In this document: positions 36,602-49,711 of the stretch, piece after piece
Layout: every line of letters starts with the position of its first letter
Position numbering within the stretch: position 1 is the stretch's first letter
Origin: Eremomyces bilateralis CBS 781.70
Lineage: Eukaryota
Assembly: GCA_010015585.1 (NCBI GenBank)
Contig: ML975169.1
DNA: 64,000 nt
Reading direction: 5' to 3' (one strand)
Program-made: the position numbers and the translations under genes
The notes under the pieces: model-generated
What the model was told of the DNA's origin: nothing
Database searches by the model: none
Seen by the model: the letters and a program-made list of their open reading frames with translations, nothing else

Positions 36602-38245
36602 GGTGGCTTGCGGGATTCGGGATTCAGGGGATAGCTCGCAGGAAAGGACAAAGCTGTCGATTGAACAACAGACGGACTCAAATTGGAATTGGAACGGTTG
36701 GATATCTAGTACTCGGATGAAAGAGAGAAATGGAAATGGAGGTCTCGCGGTCGGAGAGCCGATCGCGTTGTACTTGTCTATGCCGCCAGGCCTGCCACGC
36801 CCTAGAGTAAGAGTACCTATCATGGCATTTCGAATTGTCCTATTCCATGTAAACCCTGACTTAGCATGTAGTAGGTAGTATGTAAGTAGTAGGTGCAACT
36901 GTCCAACACCACAACAACCCACTGTTCTGTCAGCGCTAGATCCTACAGTGCATTTTATTCCTATTTTCGTGAGACAGGTAACTATGTAGTAGAGTCTATT
37001 AGAGACTAACTGGAGAGGTTTTGCAACCTCGAAAACCATTTTACAACTCGATTTACAACTCCACAGAAAAAGCGGTTAATATCTCTATATACGGTTAGCG
37101 TATAAACCGAAATTTAAGCCTGAGGCAACAAGGCAACAAAAAGTTGTAAAAATTAATTTTAAGGCATCAACATTGTGGCTAAAGGCATCAAAATCTTTAG
37201 TTCCGGCCAATCAAACTTCACAAAAGTTTGTTAGCGCATTTACAACTGTGGATCATCAAAATTTACACCGTAAACTCCATTAGGACTGTGATGGATCAGA
37301 GGTCTGCAGACCTCTGAATTCAGGGCATAACTAACGCCTCGCACACTTTAGATAGATTCCTCCTTCATAGCAACAATTCAATGTTTGCCTCACGATTGGA
37401 GATTCCCTACAGTGAGACCCTTACAAAGATGCTGCGACACTGATCTCTCTCACTGGTTAATCAATAATAGGAATTCAGATCCTTTCAGTTCACAGCCGAC
37501 ATAAGCACCACCTTGATACTCCGTATGCCATTATCTCATTCGCAGTACTTCCTTAGCATTATCACTCTGTTCATTTAAAATGTTCTAAAAGTTAGGCCAA
37601 TGATGGCACCTCTTCTACGGTGGAAAAGCGCATCGGATCGACTTCAAAGACCGCCATGCAACAGTATCAGTACCAGTGAAAGTATTTCCAAAGTACCCGC
37701 AGAGTGCGATGATATCTATTCAAAATATTAAATACCGTACCTACGTACAGGATTTTTATTTTTTCGTGGTATGTAGCCCCGATAAATGCTAAACACGAAA
37801 ATATTGTGTACCTCTTGACAATACGATTCGAACCCCTGGTGCTGCCAGCTCAAGCCTCGTGTAGTTCACCGGAGAGGGGCTGCGACCAATATGTTCACAA
37901 CATCGTCAATTGCAGGACCAGTTTTGCTTGAGAAAACTGGCAAGTCGAGGGTGGACGGAATGGACAAGAGATTGCCAGCCTTGCGAGACAGTTAAAGAGC
38001 ATGGAAGACCCGTCATTGACAAATCAGGTTTGCTGGATTTCAATGACCGCCTCGCCCCGTTTCGTTTCGAGACTCTGTTGTCGATAGGGTCCCCTTTACC
38101 GTGATTGTCGGTATCACTTCGTTCATTTCATGTTAAGGATGGAATCAATGCAAGGGGAGACTGGAATCCCTTGCCGCATTGGGTGAAGATAGGTCGGCAT
38201 ATCTAGGAAGAAGGTCCTCTCGCCATACGCAGAAGCCAATGTCTC

Positions 38246-38766
38246 GTGCTCACATTCTTGCGGAAGATTTTCAAATACATGCCCTTCGAAGGAGAGAAGA
38301 GTATCCGATTGCTCGAGATCGTTCACGATGACGGAAAGCCATTGACAAGGTACCGAGCCTGCTCTCCTCGCGACAGACAGTTCGAGGCGAGATCTCACGC
38401 TTGGGTAGGAAATTCAACTCTACCATGCGGCGGGCATCCCGATTTATACTGCGTGTTCATACACATAGTAATGCTTTTTGAGGGCCATCGAATTCGACAT
38501 ACCTCACTACCAAATTCGGAAACGGTGGATATCCAAATCGACGATCACGCGTGCAAAATATTCGAGAACTAGCCACGACGTTGGACAATGTAGTGCCCAA
38601 GGCTCTCGAAACCGCCCAATTCATCTGGGTCGATCAGATCTGCACATGTTTCAAGCGTTCCAGTATCAAGCACCTTAGAAATCCAAGGTCTTTAATCCTT
38701 CATCTTGAGGAGCCAGATCAGGATCCCGTTAAAAGCAAAGAAAATATTTTGCCGATACGTGAGTGA
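38246..38766 (+). pseudogene. HET (heterokaryon incompatibility, HET-6-like) domain relic
   Basis: FKYMPF..KSIRLLEI, FEARSHAW (cf. YEALSYAWG), IQIDDHACKIFEN, then a frameshift to LATTL..., FIWVDQIC. The frame is broken by a stop at ~38570. Confidence 0.7.
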
Positions 38767-40562
38767 CCGGTTTGTTTTAGTCATGTGAATATGCGACAGT
38801 CATGGCCTAGCTACTGCCAGAATGGGCTGCAGTGGATGACTTCACTTCACTTGATATACCAACTAGGCTTCCAGTTCATATCTTAGCTTCTTGAATCTAT
38901 CTTTGACCGTTCTGCAATTTTTCTTCACCGCCAATACTACCGCGACCGTTTCTCCAAATGGCCACTCCTCCCCGATGTTAAGCTTCCTTGCACTTGAATA
39001 CCTAATCCTCCCCTACACTAGTAAGAAGAATCCCTCTATTACCACAAAAGCGCCCCGACTCCTCTGCACATATCCTCCGTGTCTAAGATAGGTCTCCTCG
39101 AAAGCTGTCCGGGGAACGCGTGATACTGCTCAGGGAAGACGCGAGTTGGACATCTCCTTCCGGCCAACCCGAGGTGTCAGCCAGACATAGCATGGTTTGT
39201 GACATGGATCCAAATCCTTACCTATGATGTTGGGAGCTAACAAAATCTTGTCTATCTTCATAGTACGAGGGGAACACATTCCTCTGAGATGGCGATAGAG
39301 AGGATTTGGGAAGTACAGGCACATAATACTCAGTAAAGGATCAAAACGTGCTCTGGGACTCTTCCTCCAGTGGCCTGGGCCGTGCTATAGTCTGTTTCAG
39401 ATCCTAAAATAGCCTGTCAGAGCGCAATAATAACCACAAGGCCGCGGAGGTAATGGAGCGTGAAATTTGGGATGCATACTAGTCATGAACCTGGGAGAAG
39501 TCGAGGACTTCGCAGTAAGAGTCCAGCATCTGAGGAGCGAGGTTTTACTCTGCCATCCTCATGTAACAAAATATGCAATTCACTGGTTCTATTTTACAAG
39601 AGGCTGTTAAGTCGTAACGTTACTGACTTACTTTCCGGAAAAGTAAGCATTCGGTACAATTCTGTGTGACTTTTAACTCTTGTCTGCATGTATATAATTT
39701 CCTAGATACATTCGGACTAGGATGTCCTGACTGTCTTGGTTTCCGAATACGGTAATAACATAACGTCGCAAAATCCCATCGCAATTGTTAAGCGGCTTGG
39801 CAAGTCACGGCATTCTATGTAAGTAAGGAGTAAATGTGGTCCTTTTCACTAGTTACCTGGAAAATAGAACTCAACAAAGTCAAGCAGCCTATTGAAGTCT
39901 CCTCCATTCAACCATTTGATATCTCCCCCAGTTTGCCTCTTCGTACCTTCGTACCTTCGTATTCGCCGACAACCGACGCATACTTGGGTTTGGGGCCACA
40001 GTTTTGCAAGCCATTGCATCCGCTATCGCATGTATCTAACAACACCTCCCGTTTGTCAGGTCCTAAGTCGGCCAATGCGTAACATAGTAAGAATGCTAAA
40101 GGTCTTAGCTATTGGCTAAATCCCTAGATATTTTCGAAAACCTGGATTCCATAATCTGTACGTGCAAACCTTACAGTGGCATCCATACCGATATCTATGC
40201 TTCCCGCCCCGTCGTAGTTACAACGAGTTCAATTTTTGCCAGGTAAATGCTTGGGATAAATGGGAACATTTCTGAGAATGGAAGGTCAACTGTAATCCCT
40301 TCTCTGAGACTCCGGGGATGCAAATATGTACTGATTTAGAGTTTGAGGAAGCCTCGGTCAATCGAAACATCGTATCTCAATGTCTTCATGAGTCGTGCGT
40401 CGAGAGGATAGCCCCTTGGATGGGTGAAGCAAGCAATATAAAAAGCCGAAGCCTCTTGAAAATGATTGAAAGTCAATAGAGTCGGACTACAACGCCATCA
40501 AGACTTGAAACTAGCCGTCCAGTTTCCATTAGCTATTCTCCTCTTCATAGTTACTAGTTAGT

Positions 40563-42072
40563 ATGCGGTTCTCCCTCGCTCTTTTGGCAATTCGCCTCTC
40601 CCTCGCTGCTCCTGCGCCGCAGCAGTCACCACCAGTGCCCGCTGGAGACGGGAAAAACTATATCGTTACACTGAAGCCTGGAAACTCCGTCGAAGGGGTC
40701 AGCTTCGATATAGTCAATCCTCTTTACACCTACAACTTTGAAAAGTTCCAAGGAATTGTAGCGCCATTGACTGCTGATGAAGCAGCAAAGATATCCGCAG
40801 ACCCTCGAGTAAGCAGTATCGCCTTCTTGAGACCACTGTAGACGTCTAACCCACCTATTAAAGGTTGCCAGTGTTCACCTCGGGGGTGAGGTCGAGGATC
40901 CGTTTGTCGGCATACCCCTGGTGGTGCCTGAATCTAAGGAGAACCGGGAATTTCGCGAAAGCGTTTCTTCTCAAGTCTCCTCTGGAGAGATTGGTTTAGC
41001 ACCCATCGTGCAGGTCGACGCTCCTTGGGGCCTTGCTCGAATCAGTAGTAGAGAAACTGGCGGTACTGATTACACTTACGATTCCTCTGGCGGGGAGGGA
41101 ACATGCACATATATTGTTGATTCCGGTATTCAGGCAAGTCACGAAGACTTTGGCGGCAGAGCCACATTGCTTGCCGATATCTCTCCCGAGCCTGGCAGTG
41201 GCGGAGTAGATACACAGGGCCACGGTACCCATTGCGCTGGTACTACTGGTGGCACCGTCTACGGTGTTGCGAAAGAGACTCGCATTTTCGGTATCAAGTT
41301 CTGCTATGAACTTGGTTGTCCAGGAGCTTCTTTACCGGCTGGCATTCAGGAGGCCATCAACCATTATCAAGCCAATCGAGATTCACTCTGTCGGAATGGA
41401 GGTGTCGTCAGTTTGTCCCTCGGCATTTCCAATTACGGCTGGGAGGAAGAATACGGATACAATAATCCCGAGTTCGATGCAGTCAATGCCGCTGTAGAGC
41501 AAGGCTACAATGCTGGTAAGTAAAGGAGACCACGGTACCAAACCAACTAACCTTGGGTATAGGATTATTCATTGCCGCCGCTGCAGGTAATGCGAACCTT
41601 TCCGCGGAGTACTTCGGTCCAGCCGCATCACCGTACGCATGCACGGTGTCAGCATCGGATATTCAAGATGTGAGGCCAGTTTGGGCGAACTGGGGTCCAC
41701 CCGTCGATGTTTTCGCGCCTGGTGTCCAGGTTTTGTCTACTTGGATTGGGCCCAATAATAACGAAACCGTGAGTTCTTCTGCGACATATAGCTGCATATG
41801 CTATGATTCCTTTGGTGCTGACAATCGAACTATAGGCAATTTTCGATGGAACATCAATGGCCACTCCTCACATCGCCGGTTTGGCCGCGTATCTCCTTGG
41901 GATAACCCCTGGGTTGGCTCCAGGAGCACTTTGTGAAAGGATCAAGTCGCTTGCGACAAAGGATGTTGTCGAATTGGGCGATATTGACCGATTTCCCACC
42001 ACAAGGGATGTCGCTTACAATGGTAAGATCATCAAGTCCTTGACATTCGGGGACACAATTCGGCTGACATGA
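40563..42072 (+). CDS. Secreted subtilisin-like serine protease (S8, proteinase K type) with I9 propeptide; 4 exons
   Basis: Signal peptide MRFSLALLAIRLSLAAP, YIVTLK propeptide, APWGLARIS, catalytic YIVDSG, HGTHCAG, AAAGN, GTSMATPHIAG. Confidence 0.95.
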
Positions 42073-43006
42073 TTCTGTTGAACAGGATTGGAGCAAGAAT
42101 AGAGAGATATGAATACCATAGACAGCCATTCCCATCCACATCCGTTTTCATTTCCAATAAAAACGAAGTCAACGGCAGTAAAGGGAATCTTACCTAAGGA
42201 CGAAAAATAAACCTTTAGTAGTCTGGATTGATGTGGCAGCCCTTTTCATAGTTGTACTCTCTTGTTAGGCATGGTCTAAACCTGGAGAGGTCAGTGGACA
42301 TGCTCAGATATGGATACCATAAATCATGTAGCCAGTACCATAGCACAAATCAAAAGGCTTTGTGGAACCCTCGATTCGAGTTAGCGAATATTAACTTGGC
42401 CTGGTCTGCCATAAGCTCGACCTGGGAAACTCTCTCGACTCTCACGCAGTGGATCGATCGAGTATGCATCTAACGTATCGATATTGGAGTAAGTGCCGCA
42501 GAAAGCTGAGGATTGAACCTCAAGTTTGTGAGGATTTGGCTCTGGACAACGGAAATATTTTGATTCGCACAGGTTTAGTAGCACTTATTAGTACCACTTC
42601 AATATCTCCCAAGGGAAACGGAAATATTCAGTCCACAAGGTTTTTTAGCATTCTATTAATTGTATAGATAACTAAGTTATAGATTCTTCCTTTAATACTT
42701 CTAGATAAGGTAGCTGATGATCGTGACCGTCCTTGCCAATTACTTCCCTCCCGAACTCACCGGAAGCACCCCATCCAAATCATCACTCAAGAAAGTATCA
42801 CCCCAAGACTGAAACAGACTCCCCTTTCTACTTGGCCATCATGGTCATTCTAAGAGGGAACAACTTTCCCCGTGGGCCAACATCTGCTCCCAACCCTAGG
42901 GCATGGGACGGCTCCGGTTATGCAAGATTGGGGCGGGATATATGTTGGCAGCGCGGGTAGTCACATTAGGTACTGTTGTTCGGCACAGTCGAGCCATTTC
43001 GTCCGC

Positions 43007-44787
43007 TTATTTGGCACTGTCCGGCCGTACAACCGTAACTCCCGCCTCCTCATCGTCTGTTTGAACGCTTGGCAAATCCTGCTTTTCCTCGACCCTCTTC
43101 AGCCCCTTATCCCTGATGAATACCATCAACGCTAAACAGCACCCCATCGCGCCCGCCCACAAATAGAACACAGATCTCGCTGCCGCAACATAGGCGTTGA
43201 GAACATGAATCTTCTGGTCTTCTGGGAGGCCAGATATGTCCGGCATTTCGAACACGGACTGCTTAATACTCTCAGCCATGTCCACCGGGATGCTCATGGG
43301 GATGTTCGACACCAGCGTGCTGGAGAAGATGGCCGATGCGATGGCCAGCCCGGCTGAGCCGCCGAGCGCGCGGATGAAGTTCCTCGCACTGATGACGATT
43401 GCCCGATCCTCCTTTGGACTATGGGCCTGTGCGGCCACCAAAGCTGTTTGAGATTAGCCGTCCGTTCAAGAGCACCACCCGTGGCTTGTGGCTGACTTAC
43501 TCGGTTGGAAGACCAGCCCGACTCCAACACCCTCTATGACGAGGATGAAGACGATGGCGACGACTGGCAAGGTGCGGTTGAACAGGCAGTGCAACCCAGT
43601 GGCTATGGTCCAGCAAATGTAGCCCAGCCATATGACCTCGCCGTATCTATTCATGCGTGAGATGTACTGGCCAGAGAGTGCAGAGGCAATGGCCTGCGGT
43701 ATGACGATTGGGATGAGAAGAGCTGCCGATGTGAGCAGGCCCATCTGTCGAGCGCTCTGGTAGTATATTGGCAAGTAGTAGAGCACACTGTAGAAGACGA
43801 TGCCGATGAGGAAGTTCTGGGTAAGCATTGCTGCCAGGGCTTTGTTCTTCCAGAGCCTTACTTGACCTTATCAGCGCAGCCTCATGGTATCGTATTATTG
43901 GCACTCACGAGGAAACATGGGCAGTCGGGCAAACTTCCACTCATTCACGACGAACATCGCCAGTAACAGCGAGCCGATTGTCAGCATGGAGATGACCATT
44001 GGACTTGACGTCTGAAACTGCGTCCCAATCCCAGAAATTGGAATCAGAAGCACAATAGTGCCACCTGAACTCAACAGGATCCCCGCCCAGTCGATCTTCT
44101 TTAGCTTCGTCAAAACCGGCTCCGGGGGAATGGTCTGAGGTGGCAGCAGGAAGTACAGGAGCACAGCTACTAGGATGGCCAGTGGCGCGATGAACCAGAA
44201 GGTTGCTCGCCATGTAGAATTTCGAGTGAAAGCTGCCGCGACGAAGGGGCCGATAGTGTTACCTAGCCCAACACAGGAGCCGAGAATGCCCTGGTATCTT
44301 CATGCACACTCAGTTAGTACGGTACGCTGGAGAAATCATATAGGCATACTGACTTTCCACGTTGTTCCAGTGTCGTAACATCAGACACAATCATCATGAC
44401 CAACGCCATAATACCCCCGTTGGCAAGACCCGAAATACCCCTGAAGGCATACAGCTGTACCCCCGTCTGGGCAAACCCGCATAGCAGGTCGCCGAGCCCC
44501 AACAAACAAAGACATGAGATGAGGATGACCTTCCTACCCAGAATGTCCGACGCCCGGCCATAGAGCACCTGGAATGCCGTGTTGGCGATGAGAGACGATG
44601 TTCCGGCCCAGACGATGGTCGAAGAACTGTTCAGCTCTCTGCCAATGGTGGGCAGCGCCACGGCAATGGAGTTCTGGTCGATGTAGGTGATGAGGAGAGC
44701 TGAAGCCAGGGCGGCAAACACCACCATCAACCGGCTCCCTGTCAGGATGTTGGTTTGGTCATGGAGGGCATGCTTCTCCTCTGCCAT
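43007..44787 (-). CDS. MFS drug:H+ antiporter (DHA2, 14-TMS type); multi-exon
   Basis: LHDQTNIL..SRLMVVF, IDQNSIAVALPTI, LYGRASDILGRK, MMIVSDVTTLEQRGKYQG, KKIDWAG, YYLPIYYQ, RNFIRALGG. Confidence 0.9.
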
Positions 44788-44963
44788 GGCTGCGTCTTTG
44801 TCAGCTGGTTCAGCCTATCTGCTGCTAAGTGAGCAGCCAAAGAACCAGGTAGGTTATAAGAAAGGAAAGGCATATCTTGCAATGTTGCTCGGCACTGTAA
44901 TCGGAGCCACGAAGGACCGTCCTGGGCCATCCCAAATCCACAGTGGTGACTTACATGCCGTGT

Positions 44964-44980
44964 GCCGGCCGGCCGGCCGG
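44964..44980. promoter_or_regulatory. (CCGG)4 tract in the divergent MFS/amidohydrolase-1 promoter; candidate Zn2Cys6 site
   Basis: GCCGGCCGGCCGGCCGG; the same tract recurs at 56117 and a shorter one at 46071. Confidence 0.55.
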
Positions 44981-45128
44981 AGACTACCATCCTCAGCGGA
45001 GCAATTCTGAGAGCCTGGACATGGAGTTTACAATAGCACAACAGATAAGGAAGCCAACCCGGATTCAGGGAAGAATCTACGGGGTTCAAGCGATTCTACG
45101 AACCGACGCACCTCGACTACCGCCCAGC

Positions 45129-45875
45129 ATGACTAGCCTCAAGATCCAAGATCACCCTCAATACCAAGCCTCCATCGCCGCCGGCTTCGGCCACCGCCTC
45201 GGCTGGGGCTCCCGGCCGGCGCTCCTCCTCATCGACGTCTGCGTCGCCTACTACCAACCCGGCTCCCCGCTAGACATCACCCACAACCCCTCTGGCGCCG
45301 CCAGCGCACCCTCCATGTGCCGGCTCGTAGCAGCGGCGCGTGCAAGTGGCGTCCCCGTCGTGTGGGCGCAGGTACGGTACAACCACCCGCGGCTGCGCGA
45401 CGGGGGCGTTCAGGCGGCAAAGACGAAGACGATCCGTGCGTGGCAGGACGGCGACCCGCGCGGCCTGGATGCGCTGATGCCTGGGCTGGAACCGGCTGAG
45501 GGCGAGACGACGGTGCTGAAGCGGAACCCATCGGCGTTCTTTGGCACGACGTTGGCGACGGAGTTGCGGCTGCTAGGGGTCGATACGCTGGCAGTGTGTG
45601 GGGTGAGCACGAGTGGATGTGTGAGGGCGACGGCGATGGATGCCATGTGCTATGGTTTTCGGCCGATGGTGAGTAGGGGTTGTGGTGACGATCCCGAGTG
45701 ACTGGTTTGTGATAGATGCTGACTGTTGCTTGTTTGATAGGTGGTCAAGGAGGCGTGTGGGGACCGGTCGGAGATGATACAGCAACAGAACTTGTTTGAC
45801 ATGGACGCGTCGATTGGGGATGTTGTGGAAGAGGCTGAAGCGATAGCGCAGCTGGGGAGGTCGTGGAGTTTGTGA
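45129..45875 (+). CDS. Isochorismatase-fold cysteine amidohydrolase 1 (maleamate/N-carbamoylsarcosine amidase-like); 2 exons
   Basis: GFGHRLGWGSRPALLLIDVC, LKRNPSAFFGT, GVSTSGCVRATAMDA give an intact Asp-Lys-Cys triad. Intron 45669-45740 leads to EACGDRS. Confidence 0.92.
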
Positions 45876-46070
45876 TCGTAGGCCAATCACAACATTGAGA
45901 TTTCACATCATTGCTGCTCCATTCTATAGTACAACACATTCTAATATTCTTGGCCTCTGGAACGATGGTATTGTTAATTGTGCCCATATCTCCAAGTGTC
46001 TACGTATGTACGTACTTCCAGGTTCCAACAGCCCGTAGCATGGCTGGGTCCGGGGTCCCTGAGAAACATG

Positions 46071-46084
46071 GCGCCGGCCGGCGC
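46071..46084. promoter_or_regulatory. Palindromic GCGCCGGCCGGCGC upstream of the NCS1 permease
   Basis: Perfect 14-bp palindrome containing CCGG twice, ~370 bp upstream of ATG 46451. Confidence 0.45.
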
Positions 46085-46450
46085 TAGGAAATAAGTGGAA
46101 CTGGGCCCTGCCGGAATGGAGATGGTGCCAGGACCCCGGCCAGTCTAGTTTCCCTATCTATTGGGTCCAGATACAGAACAGACTATCTTTCACAAACCTC
46201 CAAGACAGCCACACCTCGCCGAGATGATACCGCGTACACCTATCGACTATCTACCAAATGGCTGGACTGCTCGTCCTCACATCTTCACGGTGGTCAGACT
46301 CGTGTATAAACACGAGCACGACCGACCGTGGCTCGGGCAATTCGGCAGCCGACATTGTTGAATCTGCTTGTCATAGCTGCCACTACTTGCAACATTCACT
46401 CTACTTCGCTGGGTCCTAAACAGACAGACCACCGTACAGAAGTTAACACC

Positions 46451-48106
46451 ATGTCCGACACGACTGAGAAGCACCAGGCGAAGAGCGTCGGTGCCGTCCG
46501 CGATGTCGAGACCGGCTCGTTTCTAGATGGCACGGTTGAGTCAATCGGGATGGACGATGTTCAGGCGCCCAAGGTCGGGGGTTCCATCTGGAAGTTGCTC
46601 TCCAGCGTGGGCGTAGAGATGCGCGGTGCCGAGCCTGTACCGGTTGAGAAGCGGACCGACACTCAGTTCGCCAACGTCTTCTACATCTTTGCGACGTCCA
46701 TGACGAGCTTGCTGCCGTGAGTGACATACGTTTGACTATGATATTGGAATCGACGACTGACAGAGACTAGAATCGGTATCGGCTCAGCTACTACCCTTGG
46801 CTTTGGTATGTCACTGAAGGCTGCGGCATGCATGATTGTCTTCTTGCAGTTCTTCTTTGGCCTACCGACCGCTTACATCGTGACGATTGCTCCGTTGACG
46901 GGCATGAGACAGATGATTCAGTCCCGATACTGCTTTGGGTACGTGCTCATCCCACCCCTCTTTCATTGTCATCCCCGGGGAGTGTCCATGTAGCTCACAC
47001 TTCTCAGGAAATACTGCAATTTCTTAACCTCTGTCATCGTCACTCTTACCGTCGGCGGCTTCGCCGTCACTGGCAGTATCAATGGGGGCCAGTGTCTCGC
47101 TGCTGTCAAGCCCGGCACCCTTCCCGTTGAGGGCGCCATATCCATCATCATGGTCATTTCCCTCGTTATAGGCTTCATGGGCTACCGTGTCATGCATCTT
47201 TTCACCCGCTGGGCATGGATCCCGAGCTTGCTGGCCATTTTCATTCTCGTTGGCGCTGCCGGCGACCAACTCTACCAGCAAGGCGCTCCTCGTGCTCATA
47301 GTGCCAAGGACTACATGGGCATGGTCGCCTTCGCTGCTGGCAACATGGTGACCTGGAGCAACGTGGCGGGAGACTATGCGTGCTATATGCCCCCCACAGC
47401 GCCGCGCTTTCGCATCGCCATGTACTGCCTGTTCGGAATCGCGCTGCCCTTCTCGCTTCTCATGACCCTCGGCGCGGCCATTGGAGGCGCTGTACCCAGC
47501 ATCCCCGCCTGGGCGGCCGCCTATGAACTGCACGGCATCGGCGGCGTCATCGGCACCATCCTCACCGGGCGACTGGGCGACTTCGGACGCTTCATCCTTG
47601 TCATGTTGGGTATGTCGGTCCTAGCGACCTGCGCGCGAGACGTTTATACCATATCTTTCAACATCCCGGCGTTCGCACCTATTGCGCGCAAGGTGCCGCG
47701 TGTGGTCCTCGCGATTCTGGCCACGGCCGCCATCATCGGAATCGCCATTCCCGCATCTAAGTCCTTCGTCAGCTCTGTGACGGCCTTCCTCAGCATCATC
47801 GGGTACTACGCCGGCGCGTCCGTGACGTGCTTCCTGACCGAGTGGCTGTACTTCCGCAAGGCCGACCCGGCGAGCTTCGATCCGGCAATCTGGGACGACG
47901 GGCGGGCGCTGCCGACGGGGCTGAGCGCGCTGGCGTCGGTGCTGATTGCCTGGGGCTTTATTATTCCTTCCATGAAGACGACATGGTACACGGGGCCGAT
48001 TGCGGAGAAGACAGGCGATCTTGGGTTCGAGTTTGCAGTGGTGATTGCGCTATTGGCGTATATTCCTATCCGGACGGCGGAGATCAAGATCAGGGGCCGG
48101 CTCTGA
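46451..48106 (+). CDS. NCS1 purine-cytosine permease family transporter (Fcy2/Tpn1-like); 3 exons
   Basis: GVEMRGAEPVP, TGMRQMIQSRYCFG, WSNVAGDYACYMP, FLSIIGYY, WDDGRALPTG, WYTGPIA..GDLGFE. Confidence 0.9.
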
Positions 48107-48462
48107 GGCGTGGAATTGGGAGTAGCGGAAGTGTCCAAGTTCTAAGTAATAGATTTAATTTTGTGGTAACTAGTAGATGGATGGATGGCTAATAATAGAT
48201 GCGTGGACTGCATTATTCCTTGACAGAATTGCCTGCCGGTTGTTGTAAATATGCCGGTCTCTGGAGGCCCACGATATCCACCAATGCTCTGTATTCCCTT
48301 GAATGGTAGTGGGGCTCAACGCGTACATTTATAATAAATCTTGGGTTCTCTCTCTCTCATATATATTTGAAGTCAATATATTCCTCGAGCCTCTATACCG
48401 ACGCCTTCAAAAATCTTTCGAACGATAATTCGACTCAAAGATATTGCCAAGGACCAGCCAGC

Positions 48463-49711
48463 ATGGCATCGCAAGCAGGGCAGATTCGCCAGCCCCTCCA
48501 ACCGTCCATCCGTCCCATCCTAGACCCTGAATACGTAACCCTCCACGACTCACTCGTCCAATACGTCGAGCCTTTAGAATCGAAGCCATGGGACCCTGAA
48601 AATCGCAACAAGCCTTCGGCATTGGCACACGCACAGCCAAAGCTCGTCGACGTCGGCCAGTGCTTCGACAAGGTCCTCGGAAACGTGCAGCTCCGCGTGT
48701 TCGTGCCGGAGGGCGAGGCGCCGGCCAAAGGATGGCCGTGCATGGTGTGGTATCACGGCGGCGGATGGGTGAATGGTGGTTTGGGGAGTGATAATGGCTT
48801 CTTGAGCCATGTTTGTCGATGTGAGTCTGGACATGAGAGACGGCTAGAGAGAACACAATGGATTAACTAGTCCCCAGATACGCGATGCATGGCCATCTCT
48901 GTCAATTATCGCCATGCACCCGAAGATGTGTACCCAGCTGCCCTAGAAGACTCGTTCTGGGGTTTTCAGTGGATAAGAAATAATGCAGCTACGCTCTCCA
49001 TCGACATTTCACGCCTGGTCCTGGGAGGATGTTCAGCGTACGTCAAACCATCTTCTATCTCTCTCATGACCCAATGGCTGATCCTCAGTCATAGCGGCGG
49101 CAATCTTGCTGCAGTCATGTCCCTCAAGGCTGGCCTTGCGAAGCTATCTCCAGCACCCGTATTCCAGCTCCTCATCTGCCCCGTAATAGACTGTACGGCG
49201 ACGGTGAACACGGCGTGGGCAACTACGCAACACTCGCCGTTCCTCACTCCCGGGCGCATGACCTGGTACCAGGACCGGTACCTCCCGAATCCATCGGACC
49301 GGGCCAATTGGGACGTCTCGCCGTGCTTCGCGCCGCCAGAGACGCTGGCATTGAGCCCTAAGACATTCGTCGCCATTGCCGAGTGCGACTTGCTCGCGCC
49401 CGAGGGGCTTAGGTATGCTGAGCTTTTGCGCAAAGCAGGCGTTGAGGTCGAGACAAAGACCTACAAAGGCGCTACGCACTCGATTCTTGTTCTAGCTGGG
49501 TGAGTTCACATTACCTGCGTCATAACTAGGCACATCTGCGTATGAACGCTGCGGTATGCTAGGATCTTTTCATTTTGCTGACCACTGCCCGGCAAATAGA
49601 ATCCACCAAATTGGACAGCAGTTGGTGCATGACGCCTGTGCTGTGATCGCTCGGGAGCTGGGCACTGAGTACGACCCGTCAACCTCGCCAATTCTCTCCC
49701 AGAGCGGGTGA
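48463..49711 (+). CDS. HSL-family alpha/beta hydrolase (esterase/amidase); 4 exons
   Basis: YHGGGWV oxyanion motif, SVNYRHAPE, GCSA|GGNLAA nucleophile split by an intron, AECDLL and YKGATH. Confidence 0.9.

Noticed and set aside
36602..37039. N-terminal 146 aa of the 359-aa ORF ahead of the GST
   Set aside because: It is an AT-rich, non-protein-like extension, and the GST fold starts at ATG 36601.
37815..37895. GGTTCGAATC (minus strand) as a tRNA T-loop or SINE B-box
   Set aside because: The flanks do not form a T-stem or cloverleaf, and no A-box or acceptor stem was found.
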